Below are positions 1 to 9,742 of a stretch of DNA of 32,000 bases, in pieces; position 1 is the first letter of the stretch; each line of letters starts with the position of its first letter. This DNA comes from an uncultured Alphaproteobacteria bacterium (lineage in GTDB: Bacteria; Pseudomonadota; Alphaproteobacteria; Rs-D84; CACZYB01). The stretch covers positions 90,001-122,000 of the forward strand of contig CAKQHZ010000002.1 of NCBI GenBank assembly GCA_934246625.1. Direction: 5' to 3'. A model generated the notes under the pieces. The model had not been told where the DNA came from, made no database searches, and saw only the letters and a list, made by a program, of their open reading frames with translations. A program made the position numbers and the translations under genes.

Positions 1-860
1 GCGATGCAACTGGCCTTACTTTTGGTTTTGGTCGTTCTATGTCATCAAACTTAAACATCGAATTGATGTATTCAAAATACTCTGGTATGAAATACGGAAA
101 TGCAATAAAAAACAAAATGCTTACTGATGGCACTAACGACTTTTATCCATCAGACGCAAATGATAATTGCTATGATGAAGAAGGAAATTATCTTTGTTAT
201 GATAAAACTACCGACAGCTATAAAATAACAAGCGGTGGTGATATAAATTCAGATTTCTTTGGTATTGGTTTTCAATATAAATTTGATGGCTTAACTGGTG
301 GACTTTTTGGTATGTTAAAACCATACATAGGAGTCCAAGTCGGTTTCGCAATGAATACCCTTGACGATTTCAATGTTTCCGACCCTGATGGTTATAGCGA
401 GGGTGATGAAATGTATACTTATGCAGAGGATGATGAAAACCAAGAAAATCCTACAGGTCCAAATGAAAATTGCACAGAAGCATCTAAATGTACAATAAAT
501 GATTATACAGATGGTGATATAACATTTATTGGCGAAACAAATAAAACTTTTGGTTATGGACTTGAACTTGGTTTCACAATCGCACTTGAAAACAATATGG
601 AAATTGATGTATTTTTCAAACGAAATATGTTTGGAAAGGTAAAAACTTCTGGAAATGCTTTAGCATCATATTATCAAACTGATACATATTTCTATGCTAA
701 TAATGGAACTTGTTCTAATGGTTTCAGTGAAGATTCAACAGGTTTTGTATGCTTCGCTGAAGCAGATATTGGAACAAAAGATTCACAAGCAACCAATGCA
801 GTTGAATCAGGTGATTTATATATGAATCAACTTGGAATAAAATTAAAATATATGTTTTAA
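1..860 (+). CDS. Outer-membrane beta-barrel protein, 5' end outside window
   Basis: The frame is open from base 3: DATGLTFGFGRS precedes the first Met at 39. It has Gly/aromatic-rich strand-like segments separated by acidic loops. The C-terminus ...GIKLKYMF ends in Phe, as OMP barrels usually do. Confidence 0.6.
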   Translation, partial: DATGLTFGFGRSMSSNLNIELMYSKYSGMKYGNAIKNKMLTDGTNDFYPSDANDNCYDEEGNYLCYDKTTDSYKITSGGDINSDFFGIGFQYKFDGLTGGLFGMLKPYIGVQVGFAMNTLDDFNVSDPDGYSEGDEMYTYAEDDENQENPTGPNENCTEASKCTINDYTDGDITFIGETNKTFGYGLELGFTIALENNMEIDVFFKRNMFGKVKTSGNALASYYQTDTYFYANNGTCSNGFSEDSTGFVCFAEADIGTKDSQATNAVESGDLYMNQLGIKLKYMF

Positions 861-869
861 AAAAAATAC

Positions 870-898
870 TTGCTTTTTGAAAAAAGAATCTGTATAAT
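870..898 (+). promoter_or_regulatory. Sigma70-like promoter for tRNA-Gly
   Basis: TTGCTT (870-875), 17-nt spacer, TATAAT (893-898). It lies about 19 nt upstream of the tRNA 5' end. Confidence 0.5.
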
Positions 899-916
899 CT
901 ATCCATATTAAAAAAC

Positions 917-993
917 GCGGGTGTAGCTCAGTTGGCTAGAGCGCAACCTTGCCAAGGTTGAGGTCGTGGGTTCGAGCCCCATTACCCGCTCCA
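917..993 (+). tRNA. tRNA-Gly (anticodon GCC)
   Basis: Hand-folded cloverleaf: acceptor GCGGGTG/TACCCGC, D arm GCTC-AGTTGGCTA-GAGC, anticodon arm CAACC-TTGCCAA-GGTTG, T arm GTGGG-TTCGAGC-CCCAT, encoded CCA. Confidence 0.93.
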
Positions 994-1004
994 AGTTTCA
1001 AATG

Positions 1005-1033
1005 ACTCAGATTTTTATCTGAGTTATTTTTTT
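1005..1033 (+). terminator. Rho-independent terminator after tRNA-Gly
   Basis: Stem ACTCAGA/TCTGAGT around a T-rich loop, followed by TTATTTTTTT. Confidence 0.7.
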
Positions 1034-1124
1034 ATCCACAATAACAATATGATTCTTTTTCTATTGCACCATCTTCATTTTTTTAATAAAATATATAAAT
1101 ATCAATAAATAAAAGGAGAATAAA

Positions 1125-1997
1125 ATGGTTAAAAAAGTTCAAACTGGTGATGAATACAAAGTGATGCACGAAACATCTACTGCAAAAAAAATTGCAAACA
1201 TTTTTACTGTGCTTTGGATTCTTGGAATTACTGCTCCTGTATGCTATACAATTTTTACCAAAGCCGATTCAATAAAGGAATTTGTTATTGTAAAAACTGT
1301 ATACGAAGCAAACAAAACTCTTATGAAACAATACACTGACCTTTCAAACAACCTTGTATCAAAAATAAATATCAATAAATATACAAGCAAAATAAAGGTC
1401 CCTGAAATAAAACTTGATAACCTTACAGATAAAACCGAAAAGGTAAATAAAACCGCAAATATGTTATCAAAATTTGGTGTAAAGGAAGCTGGAAAAGTTG
1501 CAGATACTTCATCAAAACTTCAAGCTCAAGTAGACAAGATAAATAAAGAAATAAAAGATTCTGCTCAAAACATTGCAAAAACTCTTGAAGCAGATATTAC
1601 AAAAGCATTAAAAGATGAACTCAATGATTTTGCATCAAATCAAATGCAAAAACAACTTAACCTAAGCCAAACAAATTATAAAAACCTTACATCTGATAAA
1701 TACGGAGTATTAACTGTTTCACAAAGAAACATCACTAATTCTATTTATTCAGAATTTTCAAAATCAAACTTGCCTATGGTAAAAAATGTAATCACATCAA
1801 TAAATACATATTATAAATGGATTTCTCTTGGTATTTTGAGTATCGCATTTATAATTACATTACTCCCTGTATTCATTGCATTCAAGATTGCAAAAATGTT
1901 CACAAAGAATTTCAATAAATGTCCATATTGTGGAAAAGTTTATTTTTCAAAATCTGGGAAATTTGGAATATTAAGTTTCCTTAAATTTTGGAAATAA
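1125..1997 (+). CDS. Hypothetical membrane protein with central coiled-coil region
   Basis: RBS AAAGGAG lies 7 nt upstream of the ATG. N-terminal TM segment (IANIFTVLWILGITAPVCYTIF), a long K/E/Q-rich helical middle, a second TM (WISLGILSIAFIITLLPVFIAF), then a CPYC motif. No family recognised. Confidence 0.7.
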   Translation: MVKKVQTGDEYKVMHETSTAKKIANIFTVLWILGITAPVCYTIFTKADSIKEFVIVKTVYEANKTLMKQYTDLSNNLVSKININKYTSKIKVPEIKLDNLTDKTEKVNKTANMLSKFGVKEAGKVADTSSKLQAQVDKINKEIKDSAQNIAKTLEADITKALKDELNDFASNQMQKQLNLSQTNYKNLTSDKYGVLTVSQRNITNSIYSEFSKSNLPMVKNVITSINTYYKWISLGILSIAFIITLLPVFIAFKIAKMFTKNFNKCPYCGKVYFSKSGKFGILSFLKFWK

Positions 1998-2016
1998 AAA
2001 TCAAATATAAAAAAAG

Positions 2017-2046
2017 GGGCTTGGAAAAAAACAAGCTCTTTTTTAT
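2017..2046. terminator. Probable bidirectional terminator between convergent genes
   Basis: GGGCTTG-gaaaaaaa-CAAGCTC hairpin (7 bp including one G-U) with an A-run upstream and a T-run downstream. Confidence 0.5.
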
Positions 2047-3173
2047 TACCCTAATCTTTTATTGAAAAACCAATTAACAAATGACAACGTCAAAAACGCA
2101 ATAATAAGAAGAGGTATCACATTCATCATTATATATGAAAAACCAATCCCCTTTAAAAACAATCCCTTTATAAGGTTAAAAAAGTAAGTCAACGGATTTA
2201 TATATCCCAACTTTTGCAAAAATATTGGCATATTTTCAATCGGTGTAATATATCCTGACAACAAAAATGTCGGAAATAAAAACACAAACACACCCAAAAT
2301 CGCCTGCTGTTGAGTCTTACACAACACAGAAATAAAAAGCCCTATTCCACACACAGAAAGCAAAAACACTATAATACAAAGATAAAGTGTGATAATGGAA
2401 TTAAGCAATGGTATCTTAAACAAAAACAAAGTTGCAACAATCATAATACTTACATCTAACAAAGAAATAACTATTGCAGGCACAGTTTTTCCAATCAAAA
2501 TTTCATAACTTTTAAGTGGAGAAACAAGAACCTGATCAAATGTTCCAAGCTCCTTTTCCTGAGCCATAGAAAGCGAAGTAATTGCCAAAGTCATAACCAT
2601 TGCCAACACAGCAATAAGGGAAATCACAATAAACCATTGGTATTCAAGATTTGGATTAAACCAATTTCGTATTTCCACACTCATATTTGATTTTGGTAAA
2701 TTCACTCCATTTATTTCATACTGAAAATTATTTATAATTTGGGTTAAATATGCAGATATAATTTGCACCGCATTTGACTTTCGTCCATCTAAAATAAATT
2801 GAACCTTGCTTCCATTCCCAGAATAAATATTTTTTGCAAAATCAGATGGTATAACCAAACCAACATAAACATCTTGTTCATCGATTCGCTTTTGTAAAGT
2901 CTTATAATTATCGACATATTCAATCGCACTAATCACTTCTGTATTTGCAAGTTTATCACCCAAACTTCTTGAAATCGAAGACCTATCCTTATCCCAAACA
3001 ACCATAGAAATATTTTTTACCTCTAATGTCGCAGTAAAGGCAAATATAGCAATTTCAATAATCGGAGGAAGTAAAATCATAACACGATTTCGCCAATCCG
3101 CCCAAATAAATTTAAAATCCTTAACAATCAAGGCATAAATCTGATTCCAACGAGAAAAGAAACTTTTTATCAT
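2046..3173 (-). CDS. ABC-2 type transporter permease (YbhR/YbhS-like)
   Basis: 375 aa: one N-terminal TM, a large extracytoplasmic loop, then five clustered TMs, which is the ABC-2 permease layout. It is the last gene of a tightly packed operon. Confidence 0.85.
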   Translation of the reverse strand: MIKSFFSRWNQIYALIVKDFKFIWADWRNRVMILLPPIIEIAIFAFTATLEVKNISMVVWDKDRSSISRSLGDKLANTEVISAIEYVDNYKTLQKRIDEQDVYVGLVIPSDFAKNIYSGNGSKVQFILDGRKSNAVQIISAYLTQIINNFQYEINGVNLPKSNMSVEIRNWFNPNLEYQWFIVISLIAVLAMVMTLAITSLSMAQEKELGTFDQVLVSPLKSYEILIGKTVPAIVISLLDVSIMIVATLFLFKIPLLNSIITLYLCIIVFLLSVCGIGLFISVLCKTQQQAILGVFVFLFPTFLLSGYITPIENMPIFLQKLGYINPLTYFFNLIKGLFLKGIGFSYIMMNVIPLLIIAFLTLSFVNWFFNKRLG

Positions 3174-3174
3174 T

Positions 3175-4287
3175 TTAATCCAACCTTTGTTTTGTAATTT
3201 TATAAAGAATTAAAAATAAAATCACACCTGTCAATAAAAGGAATATACTTTGAGGAATAATAATACCCCAAATATTTCCAGCCATAAATAAACTATTTAT
3301 AATAGAAATAAAATATCTTGCTGGAACAATATATGTAAAATACCTAAATCCCACAGGCATAGAAATAATTTCAAATATAAATCCAGACAACATAATCGCT
3401 GGCAAAAAGCCAATCATCACCGATGTAATTGCGGCTAAAAATTGATTCGCTGATAATGTTGAAATAATAAGTCCTTGACCCAATGCTGTTAAAATAAACA
3501 AACTTGAAGTAATAAAATAAATCAAATAAGAACCTCTAAACGGAACACCAAACACACCAATACAAAGCACTGAACAAAACACTGTTGAAACAATCGCCAA
3601 ACAATAATAAGCAATATACTTTGCACAAATAATATCAAACTTTGTGGCATTTGTTGTAAGCAAAGCCTCCATAGTTCCACGTTCCCATTCTCGGGCAATA
3701 ACCAACGCCGTCAAAATCATTCCAACCAAAGTCATAATAATTGCAATAGACGATGGCAAAATAAAATTACGACTTTTAAGTTCATTATTAAACCAAACTG
3801 TTTGCTCTATATCAATAAGAGGTTTAAAGACTTCCCCATTCGAAAATTTCAAAATCTTTTGATAATTCAAAAGCGTCATTTCAACATACGCCTTTACAAA
3901 CAATGCTGTATTAGGGTCAGTTCCATCAACTATAACTTGAGCCTTTGCAGGCAATGTTTGCATTTTCAAATTACGCATAAAATCATTTGAAAAAATAAGC
4001 ATAGATTTAATATCACCATCGACAAAAGATTTTTCCATATCCTTTCGATTATCAAAATATGACACATCTAAATATGTAGTTCCATCAAATGCAGAAAGCA
4101 CCTCTGTAATATCGGATTTTTCACCATCAACAACAATCCCCATCTTAATTTTATTATTATCAAGATTGATTGCATAGGCAAAAATCAACATCAAAATAAA
4201 TGGCAAAATAAACGCAATCAAAATACTACTTGGATCACGAACAATTTGGAAAAATTCCTTTTTAACCAAAGATTTCAAAATCCTCAT
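3175..4287 (-). CDS. ABC-2 type transporter permease (YbhS/YbhR-like)
   Basis: 370 aa with the same topology as its neighbour. Its start overlaps the ATPase stop by 4 nt. Confidence 0.85.
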   Translation of the reverse strand: MRILKSLVKKEFFQIVRDPSSILIAFILPFILMLIFAYAINLDNNKIKMGIVVDGEKSDITEVLSAFDGTTYLDVSYFDNRKDMEKSFVDGDIKSMLIFSNDFMRNLKMQTLPAKAQVIVDGTDPNTALFVKAYVEMTLLNYQKILKFSNGEVFKPLIDIEQTVWFNNELKSRNFILPSSIAIIMTLVGMILTALVIAREWERGTMEALLTTNATKFDIICAKYIAYYCLAIVSTVFCSVLCIGVFGVPFRGSYLIYFITSSLFILTALGQGLIISTLSANQFLAAITSVMIGFLPAIMLSGFIFEIISMPVGFRYFTYIVPARYFISIINSLFMAGNIWGIIIPQSIFLLLTGVILFLILYKITKQRLD

Positions 4288-5981
4288 TTTAATCTCTCCG
4301 CCTTTTTCTTATCATTTTCCAAAATAATTCGAACGAACGCATCTTCCATCGTTTCACCCTTTAATTTAATTTCTGATGTTGGTCCAATTTTAATTGCACG
4401 ACCACCATAAATAAGAGCGATATTATCACAATATTCTGCCTCGTCCATAAAGTGAGTTGTCACAACAACACTAACACCCTTTTCAACCATTGCATTTATA
4501 TGCTTCCAAAATTCACGCCTTGTAATCGGGTCAACACCACTTGTTGGCTCATCTAAAAATAAAATAGCAGGATTATGCATTATTGCACAGGCAAGAGCCA
4601 ACCTTTGCTTAAATCCCAATGGCAAATCACCAGCAGGGAAATCAAGATAAGAAGACAACGCAAAAATATCAACCATTTGCTTTATTTTTTCATTTTTTTC
4701 TTTACCTTTAAGTCCATAAATTCCCGCAAAAAATTTTAAATTTGCAAGCACAGACAAAGTTGAAAACAAAGAAAATTTTTGTGCCATATATCCCAAATAT
4801 GACCTAGCCAAAGACGATGATTTCGCCATATCAATTCCACGAATCAAAGCCTTTCCACTTATTGGACGACTAAGCCCACACATCATTTTAAATGTCGTAG
4901 ATTTACCAGCACCATTTGGACCCAAAAGGCCAAAAATTTCACCACGCTTTACCCTAAAAGTTATATCATTTGACGCATAGAAATTTCCGCCATACACCTT
5001 TGTAAGATGTTCTGCATCAATCATATATTCACAATCGCATTCATCAATTTTCAAATTTTTCGCAATCAAAGATTCTCCCAAAGGAGTGCCACCCAAAATA
5101 TCAATTACCGCATCTTCAAATCTTGGTTTTACAGGCTTTAAAATATCACTATATTTCTGTTTAACATTTTCATCTTTGATAACAACTCTAACACTTTCAC
5201 CTTCTATAACTGCATCAACAATTTTATCACCAGATACCAAAAACTCTTTCAACAAAGTTCGATTCTTTACCCCATCTTTTTTTGCAAGAAAAACATTACC
5301 AACCATTTTTTCCGTCAACAAAGATGGCACACCCTTATAAATCAATTTACCTTCGTTAAATAAAATTACCTCATCAAAATTTTCTGCTTCATCAAGATAC
5401 GATGTTGACCAAAGTATTGTCATATCAGCACTAAGGTTTCTTACCATTTTCATAAGTTCACGTCGTGAAATAGGATCAACACCGACACCTGGTTCATCAA
5501 GAAGTAAAAACTTTGGTTTTCCTAACAACGCACATGCCAACCCCAACTTTTGTTTCATACCACCAGAAAGGTTTCCAGCCAACCTATCCTTAAATGGTTC
5601 AAGAGAAGTAAAATCCAAAAGCATTTTAAAACTTTCAACCCTATCTTGACCAACAACATTTTTCAAATCTGCATACAAATTAAGATTCTCAATAACCGTC
5701 AAATCTTCATAAAGCCCAAATTTTTGTGGCATATATCCAATAACTTTATGAAGTTCATCAACATTTTCAGATGGATTTAAACCCAAAATAGAAATAGTTC
5801 CACTTGTTGGAAGTAAAAGCCCCAACAAACTTCGAATAAATGTAGTTTTTCCTGCACCATCAGGACCAATCAAACCAACAATTTTATTATTTTCAATATC
5901 CAAAGATATATCGTTAAGGGCGATATTATCGCCAAATTTTTTTACCAAATTTTTAACAATAACGACACTATCTTTATTCAT
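4284..5981 (-). CDS. Fused double-cassette ABC transporter ATPase (YbhF-like)
   Basis: Two Walker A motifs (GPDGAGKTT, GPNGAGKST), two signature motifs (LSGGMKQKL, LPLGFKQRL) and two Walker B motifs (LLLDEP, LFLDEP) in 565 aa. Confidence 0.93.
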   Translation of the reverse strand: MNKDSVVIVKNLVKKFGDNIALNDISLDIENNKIVGLIGPDGAGKTTFIRSLLGLLLPTSGTISILGLNPSENVDELHKVIGYMPQKFGLYEDLTVIENLNLYADLKNVVGQDRVESFKMLLDFTSLEPFKDRLAGNLSGGMKQKLGLACALLGKPKFLLLDEPGVGVDPISRRELMKMVRNLSADMTILWSTSYLDEAENFDEVILFNEGKLIYKGVPSLLTEKMVGNVFLAKKDGVKNRTLLKEFLVSGDKIVDAVIEGESVRVVIKDENVKQKYSDILKPVKPRFEDAVIDILGGTPLGESLIAKNLKIDECDCEYMIDAEHLTKVYGGNFYASNDITFRVKRGEIFGLLGPNGAGKSTTFKMMCGLSRPISGKALIRGIDMAKSSSLARSYLGYMAQKFSLFSTLSVLANLKFFAGIYGLKGKEKNEKIKQMVDIFALSSYLDFPAGDLPLGFKQRLALACAIMHNPAILFLDEPTSGVDPITRREFWKHINAMVEKGVSVVVTTHFMDEAEYCDNIALIYGGRAIKIGPTSEIKLKGETMEDAFVRIILENDKKKAERLK

Positions 5982-6798
5982 TTTTGCTAATCTCTATACT
6001 AACAGGCATACCTTGTTTCAAGAAATCATCAGGATTCAAAATAACAATCCTTATTCTATAAACCAAATCACCTCTCAAAGATGTAGTTTCTATATTCTTT
6101 GGTGTAAATTCTGCTTGAGGAGAAATAAAACCAATTTGTCCTTCATAAACTTTGTCATTTGAATCAATGGATACTTTAACCTTATCACCAATTTTTACAC
6201 GGCCTAAATCTTCACCTGTAATATATGCCCTAACCCACATTTTATCATTCAAAGAAAGAGTATATACAGGCACACCTGCACCAACAATTGCACCATTTTC
6301 AAAAATTCGTGTTAAAATAATACCATCACTTGGAGCCACAAGTTTAGTATCGTTTAATGCAATCAAAGCCTCATCAACAACAGATTGCATATAACTTACA
6401 TTTGCATCTGCTTCTTCTTTTTTAGAAGTAATATTATCACATTCCTGTCTTGAAATAGTCCCAGCACGACAAAGAGAAATATTTCGATTATAATATCTGT
6501 TTGCATTTTGTGCATTTGCCTTTGCTTGGTCAAGTTTTGCAACTGCCTGATTAAATTTATTACGTATAGGTTGTTCATCAAGTTCTGCTATAATATCACC
6601 ATTTTTAATAACATCACCTTCATCATAAATCATTTCCTTTATTCGTCCACCAACACGAAATGCAAGATTAACATTTCTAATATCAACATTACCATACAAA
6701 GTAATATTATTGTTCACAGGTTTTCTAAAACAATAAAAACAAATTCCAGATAATAAACATAAAATCAAAACAGAAAAAATTACTTTTTTATTTTTCAT
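5974..6798 (-). CDS. HlyD-family periplasmic adaptor (YbhG-like)
   Basis: N-terminal membrane anchor, a lipoyl-like half-motif (GDIIAELD ... LVAPSDGII), a coiled-coil hairpin and a beta-barrel C-terminus. Overlaps both neighbouring genes. Confidence 0.85.
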   Translation of the reverse strand: MKNKKVIFSVLILCLLSGICFYCFRKPVNNNITLYGNVDIRNVNLAFRVGGRIKEMIYDEGDVIKNGDIIAELDEQPIRNKFNQAVAKLDQAKANAQNANRYYNRNISLCRAGTISRQECDNITSKKEEADANVSYMQSVVDEALIALNDTKLVAPSDGIILTRIFENGAIVGAGVPVYTLSLNDKMWVRAYITGEDLGRVKIGDKVKVSIDSNDKVYEGQIGFISPQAEFTPKNIETTSLRGDLVYRIRIVILNPDDFLKQGMPVSIEISKNE

Positions 6799-8173
6799 TT
6801 TTTATTTCCTCTTTTTTAACACCAGTAGTTGCTTTATACAAATCAACATTATCAACTAAAACTTTTACAGAACTATCAACAACATCAGCCAATGATTTCA
6901 AAAGCACTTGCTTAAGTTTTAACAAATCAATATTTGAAAGAAGCCCATTTGCATTTTGTTCTTGATACTTTGCAAAATTCTTTTCTTCCAATTTAAACAC
7001 TTCTATATTTCGGTTATTTATAACAATATCGTTTTTCATAGTATAAATAATATCGTTAATTTCCTTTAAAGCATAGAAAGAAACTTTTTTATAACTTTCA
7101 AGCATTTGTTCATAACGAAGTTGTGAAATTTCCAAATTTGCATCAAGTCTTCCACCTGTAAAAAGATTATATTTTGTTCCCAAAAGCAATGATTTTATAG
7201 TATTAGAAGCAGAGAAGAAACCACCACTTAAAAAATTATTCCAAATAAGTTGACCACTTATTTCAAATGTTGGAAGGAACTCTTTTCGTGCAACTTTAAT
7301 ATCAATATTTGCCTTTTCCATTTCCTTTTCAACTGCAATAACATCTGGACGGGAAAAGATAACATCTGATGGGACAGAATCAACTGAATCAGATATATAA
7401 ATCAAATTTTCAAAATCAATTCGTGGAAGTTCTGCATCAACTTTTGGTTGACGACCCAACAAATAATAAAATTGTGAAATCAAAGTATTTCTATTGCTTT
7501 CCAAATTATCTAAAGTATTTTGGGCAAGTTTCAATTCCTGTTCTGACTTATTAAATTCTACTTCTGTAGAAAGTTCAGATTGCAATTTAAGGGCAACTTC
7601 ATCAACAATATTCATTTTAATTGAAACAATTTCCCTTTGAATATCAATCAATTTATCCAACTTCACAATATTAAAATAAAGATTTACAATATTGGATACA
7701 AAAGAAATATAATTTGCCTTTACCTTATATTTATATGCTTCAAAAGATTTTTCTGCACTTTTAGTTTTATAGCTATTTTTTCCCCACACATCAAATTCAT
7801 AATTTGCAATCAAAGGAAGCATCAAAGCCTTTTCTTTTGGAAGAGGAACAGGAATATTATCAGATGCAAAATATTCCAACCCAATACCAACTTCTGGTAA
7901 TCGTTCACCATTTGAATAATCAACAAACTTTTTAAATTCATTTAATTTCAAATCAAGAATCTTTAAATCAGAATTATACTCCAATCCCTCAGTAATATAA
8001 GTCATAAGATAAATATCATTAAAGGCATTCCACCAACCAAAATTTACATCTTGCAAAATTTTGGCAAGTTTGTTTTCTTTTAAAATAATAACATTAGATT
8101 TATCAGAGTTATTTGAGTTAGAACAAGCTATCAAAGTTAAGGATAGAAATAAAGAGAGAACCAATTTTTTCAT
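6788..8173 (-). CDS. TolC/OEP-family outer-membrane efflux lipoprotein
   Basis: Start reset to the internal Met at 8173: MKKLVLSLFLSLTLIAC gives a signal peptide with lipobox LIAC, and GGAG lies 6 nt upstream. Two repeated long-helix halves typical of OEP proteins. The ORF-track 5' extension to 8236 runs into tRNA-Leu. Confidence 0.85.
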   Translation of the reverse strand: MKKLVLSLFLSLTLIACSNSNNSDKSNVIILKENKLAKILQDVNFGWWNAFNDIYLMTYITEGLEYNSDLKILDLKLNEFKKFVDYSNGERLPEVGIGLEYFASDNIPVPLPKEKALMLPLIANYEFDVWGKNSYKTKSAEKSFEAYKYKVKANYISFVSNIVNLYFNIVKLDKLIDIQREIVSIKMNIVDEVALKLQSELSTEVEFNKSEQELKLAQNTLDNLESNRNTLISQFYYLLGRQPKVDAELPRIDFENLIYISDSVDSVPSDVIFSRPDVIAVEKEMEKANIDIKVARKEFLPTFEISGQLIWNNFLSGGFFSASNTIKSLLLGTKYNLFTGGRLDANLEISQLRYEQMLESYKKVSFYALKEINDIIYTMKNDIVINNRNIEVFKLEEKNFAKYQEQNANGLLSNIDLLKLKQVLLKSLADVVDSSVKVLVDNVDLYKATTGVKKEEIKNEK

Positions 8174-8194
8174 TTTTATCTCCAAAAATAAAAT

Positions 8195-8279
8195 TGGTGC
8201 GATCGAGAAGACTTGAACTTCCATGGGATACCCCACAGCGACCTCAACACTGCGCGTCTACCAATTTCGCCACGATCGC
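8195..8279 (-). tRNA. tRNA-Leu (anticodon GAG), class II with long variable arm
   Basis: Reverse complement folds as acceptor GCGATCG/CGATCGC, D arm GCG-AAATTGGTAGA-CGC, anticodon arm CAGTG-TTGAGGT-CGCTG, variable stem-loop GGGG-TAT-CCC, T arm GGAAG-TTCAAGT-CTTCT, discriminator A, CCA. Confidence 0.93.
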
Positions 8280-8291
8280 AATATAAAAAAC

Positions 8292-8319
8292 ATTATATAC
8301 AGAAAAAATTAAATTTCAA
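8292..8319 (-). promoter_or_regulatory. Sigma70-like promoter for tRNA-Leu and probably the efflux operon
   Basis: On the minus strand: TTGAAA (8319-8314), 16-nt spacer, TATAAT (8297-8292). The -10 ends 12 nt before the tRNA 5' end. Confidence 0.5.
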
Positions 8320-8320
8320 C

Positions 8321-8617
8321 TTATTTTTCTAAATTTATTTGTTGTAATAATTTAAGGCAAGGAGACCAAAAATTATTTTGCAATGCCTGTAAATCATTTT
8401 GTGATAAAAGCTCTGTGCGTTCAATGTCATTCGCAATTTTCATCAACTGGTCAAGACGTAAAAAACTTTTATCTTTTTTAAATGATGCAGGAAGATAATT
8501 ATAAAAATCCAATAAACTAAATGATTTTTTACTCTTTGCATAATAACTAACTTTATCAATATGATAATCAAGTAAAATAATTAAATCATTAAGTTTGCCA
8601 TTTTCAATTATATTCAT
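8321..8617 (-). CDS. Hypothetical protein (98 aa)
   Basis: Strong RBS AGGAGG 5 nt upstream of the ATG. No recognisable motifs. Lies between two tRNA genes. Confidence 0.6.
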   Translation of the reverse strand: MNIIENGKLNDLIILLDYHIDKVSYYAKSKKSFSLLDFYNYLPASFKKDKSFLRLDQLMKIANDIERTELLSQNDLQALQNNFWSPCLKLLQQINLEK

Positions 8618-8728
8618 AAAAGCCTCCTGCTATGCATTAACTTAAAAACAAATATAAAACAAAAAACAAAAGTTTGTCAATAAAAATAAAAGAACAAAAA
8701 ACTTTTTTCACAAAATTTGAAAAAATAC

Positions 8729-8756
8729 TTTACAAAAAACAATAAATAACTATAAT
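8729..8756 (+). promoter_or_regulatory. Sigma70-like promoter for tRNA-Arg
   Basis: TTTACA (8729-8734), 16-nt spacer, TATAAT (8751-8756), 17 nt before the tRNA. Confidence 0.45.
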
Positions 8757-8773
8757 ATCAATATCAAAGATAT

Positions 8774-8850
8774 GGCCTCGTAGCTCAGCTGGATAGAGCA
8801 ACAGCCTTCTAAGCTGTGGGTCAGACGTTCGAATCGTCTCGGGGTCACCA
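8774..8850 (+). tRNA. tRNA-Arg (anticodon UCU)
   Basis: Acceptor GGCCTCG/CGGGGTC, D arm GCTC-AGCTGGATA-GAGC, anticodon arm ACAGC-CTTCTAA-GCTGT, T arm AGACG-TTCGAAT-CGTCT, discriminator A, CCA. Confidence 0.93.
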
Positions 8851-8863
8851 AAAATTTAAAATA

Positions 8864-8886
8864 CCTCCTTATGGAGGATTTTTTAT
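8864..8886 (+). terminator. Rho-independent terminator after tRNA-Arg
   Basis: CCTCC-ttat-GGAGG followed by ATTTTTTAT. Confidence 0.7.
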
Positions 8887-9066
8887 AAAATAGTCGTTCC
8901 CGAATTAAAATCAATTTCTTGTCTTTGTTCTCTATACTTATAAGTTTTTGTAGTACTTGCTATGTTTAATAAAATATTGTGATGAAATAAAAACATTATC
9001 TACCAGCACCCAAATATGTTTTTGCCCTAGGCAGAAAAGACAATACAATTTTTACTAAGGATTAAA

Positions 9067-9663
9067 ATGATTTATGCATACTATAGAGTTTCAACAGAAT
9101 TGCAAACCTATGAAAGTCAAAAACTTGGAGTAATAGATTTTGTAAACAGAATGAATTGGAAAATAGATAAAGAATATATTGATGAAGGTGTCAGTGGCAC
9201 AATTCTTGCAAAGAAACGTAAACTGGGAACCTTACTAAAAATATTGGATAAAGGAGATGTGCTTATAACATCAGAACTTTCCCGTCTTGGACGATCAACA
9301 AGTGATGTGATAAATACTTGTCAGTTGCTTGTGAAAAAAGGAGTAAATTGCTATTTGGTAAAGCAAGGAATGTCTATTGATAATACACCAATGGGAAAGA
9401 TGATGATAGCCATACTTTCCGCCTTTGCAGAGATGGAAAGAGATTTGATAAGTCAAAGGACTATAGAGGGATTGAAACGTTGTAAAGCAAATGGAGTTCG
9501 CCTTGGTCGCCCTAGTGGAAGTAAAAATAAACATTCAAAACTTGATGGTAAAGAAAAAGAAATTTTAAAACTTGTGAATAAAAATATAATGAAAAAAGAG
9601 ATTTGTAAAAAATTAAAAATAAGTTTTCCTACATTGAAAAGATTTATTGATAAAAATTTATAA
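9067..9663 (+). CDS. Serine recombinase (resolvase/invertase family)
   Basis: N-terminal MIYAYYRVSTELQ carries the catalytic Ser motif (Y-x-R-V-S-T). Also LSRLGRS and the conserved E-R-x-x-I-x-x-R-T stretch (AEMERDLISQRTIEGL). C-terminal HTH (KKEICKKLKISFPTLKRFI). 198 aa. Confidence 0.9.
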   Translation: MIYAYYRVSTELQTYESQKLGVIDFVNRMNWKIDKEYIDEGVSGTILAKKRKLGTLLKILDKGDVLITSELSRLGRSTSDVINTCQLLVKKGVNCYLVKQGMSIDNTPMGKMMIAILSAFAEMERDLISQRTIEGLKRCKANGVRLGRPSGSKNKHSKLDGKEKEILKLVNKNIMKKEICKKLKISFPTLKRFIDKNL

Positions 9664-9742
9664 AAAATTGGTAGTATTTATTTTAATTGATTTTTAGCAA
9701 AAATTTTGATATTTTATAATTAAAAAAGAAAGGACCCTTTAA

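Noticed and set aside
3644-3990. Plus-strand ORFs of 62-87 aa inside the minus-strand ABC/HlyD/TolC genes (also 5086-5340, 5550-5780, 6152-6753, 7369-7900)
   Set aside because: They are antisense shadow ORFs lying wholly within well-supported genes. They have low-complexity composition and no RBS.
8174-8236. 5' extension of the TolC-like ORF (MGYPMEVQVFSIAPILFLEIK) given in the ORF track
   Set aside because: It overlaps tRNA-Leu(GAG) on the same strand. The Met at 8173 has a GGAG RBS and begins a textbook lipoprotein signal peptide.
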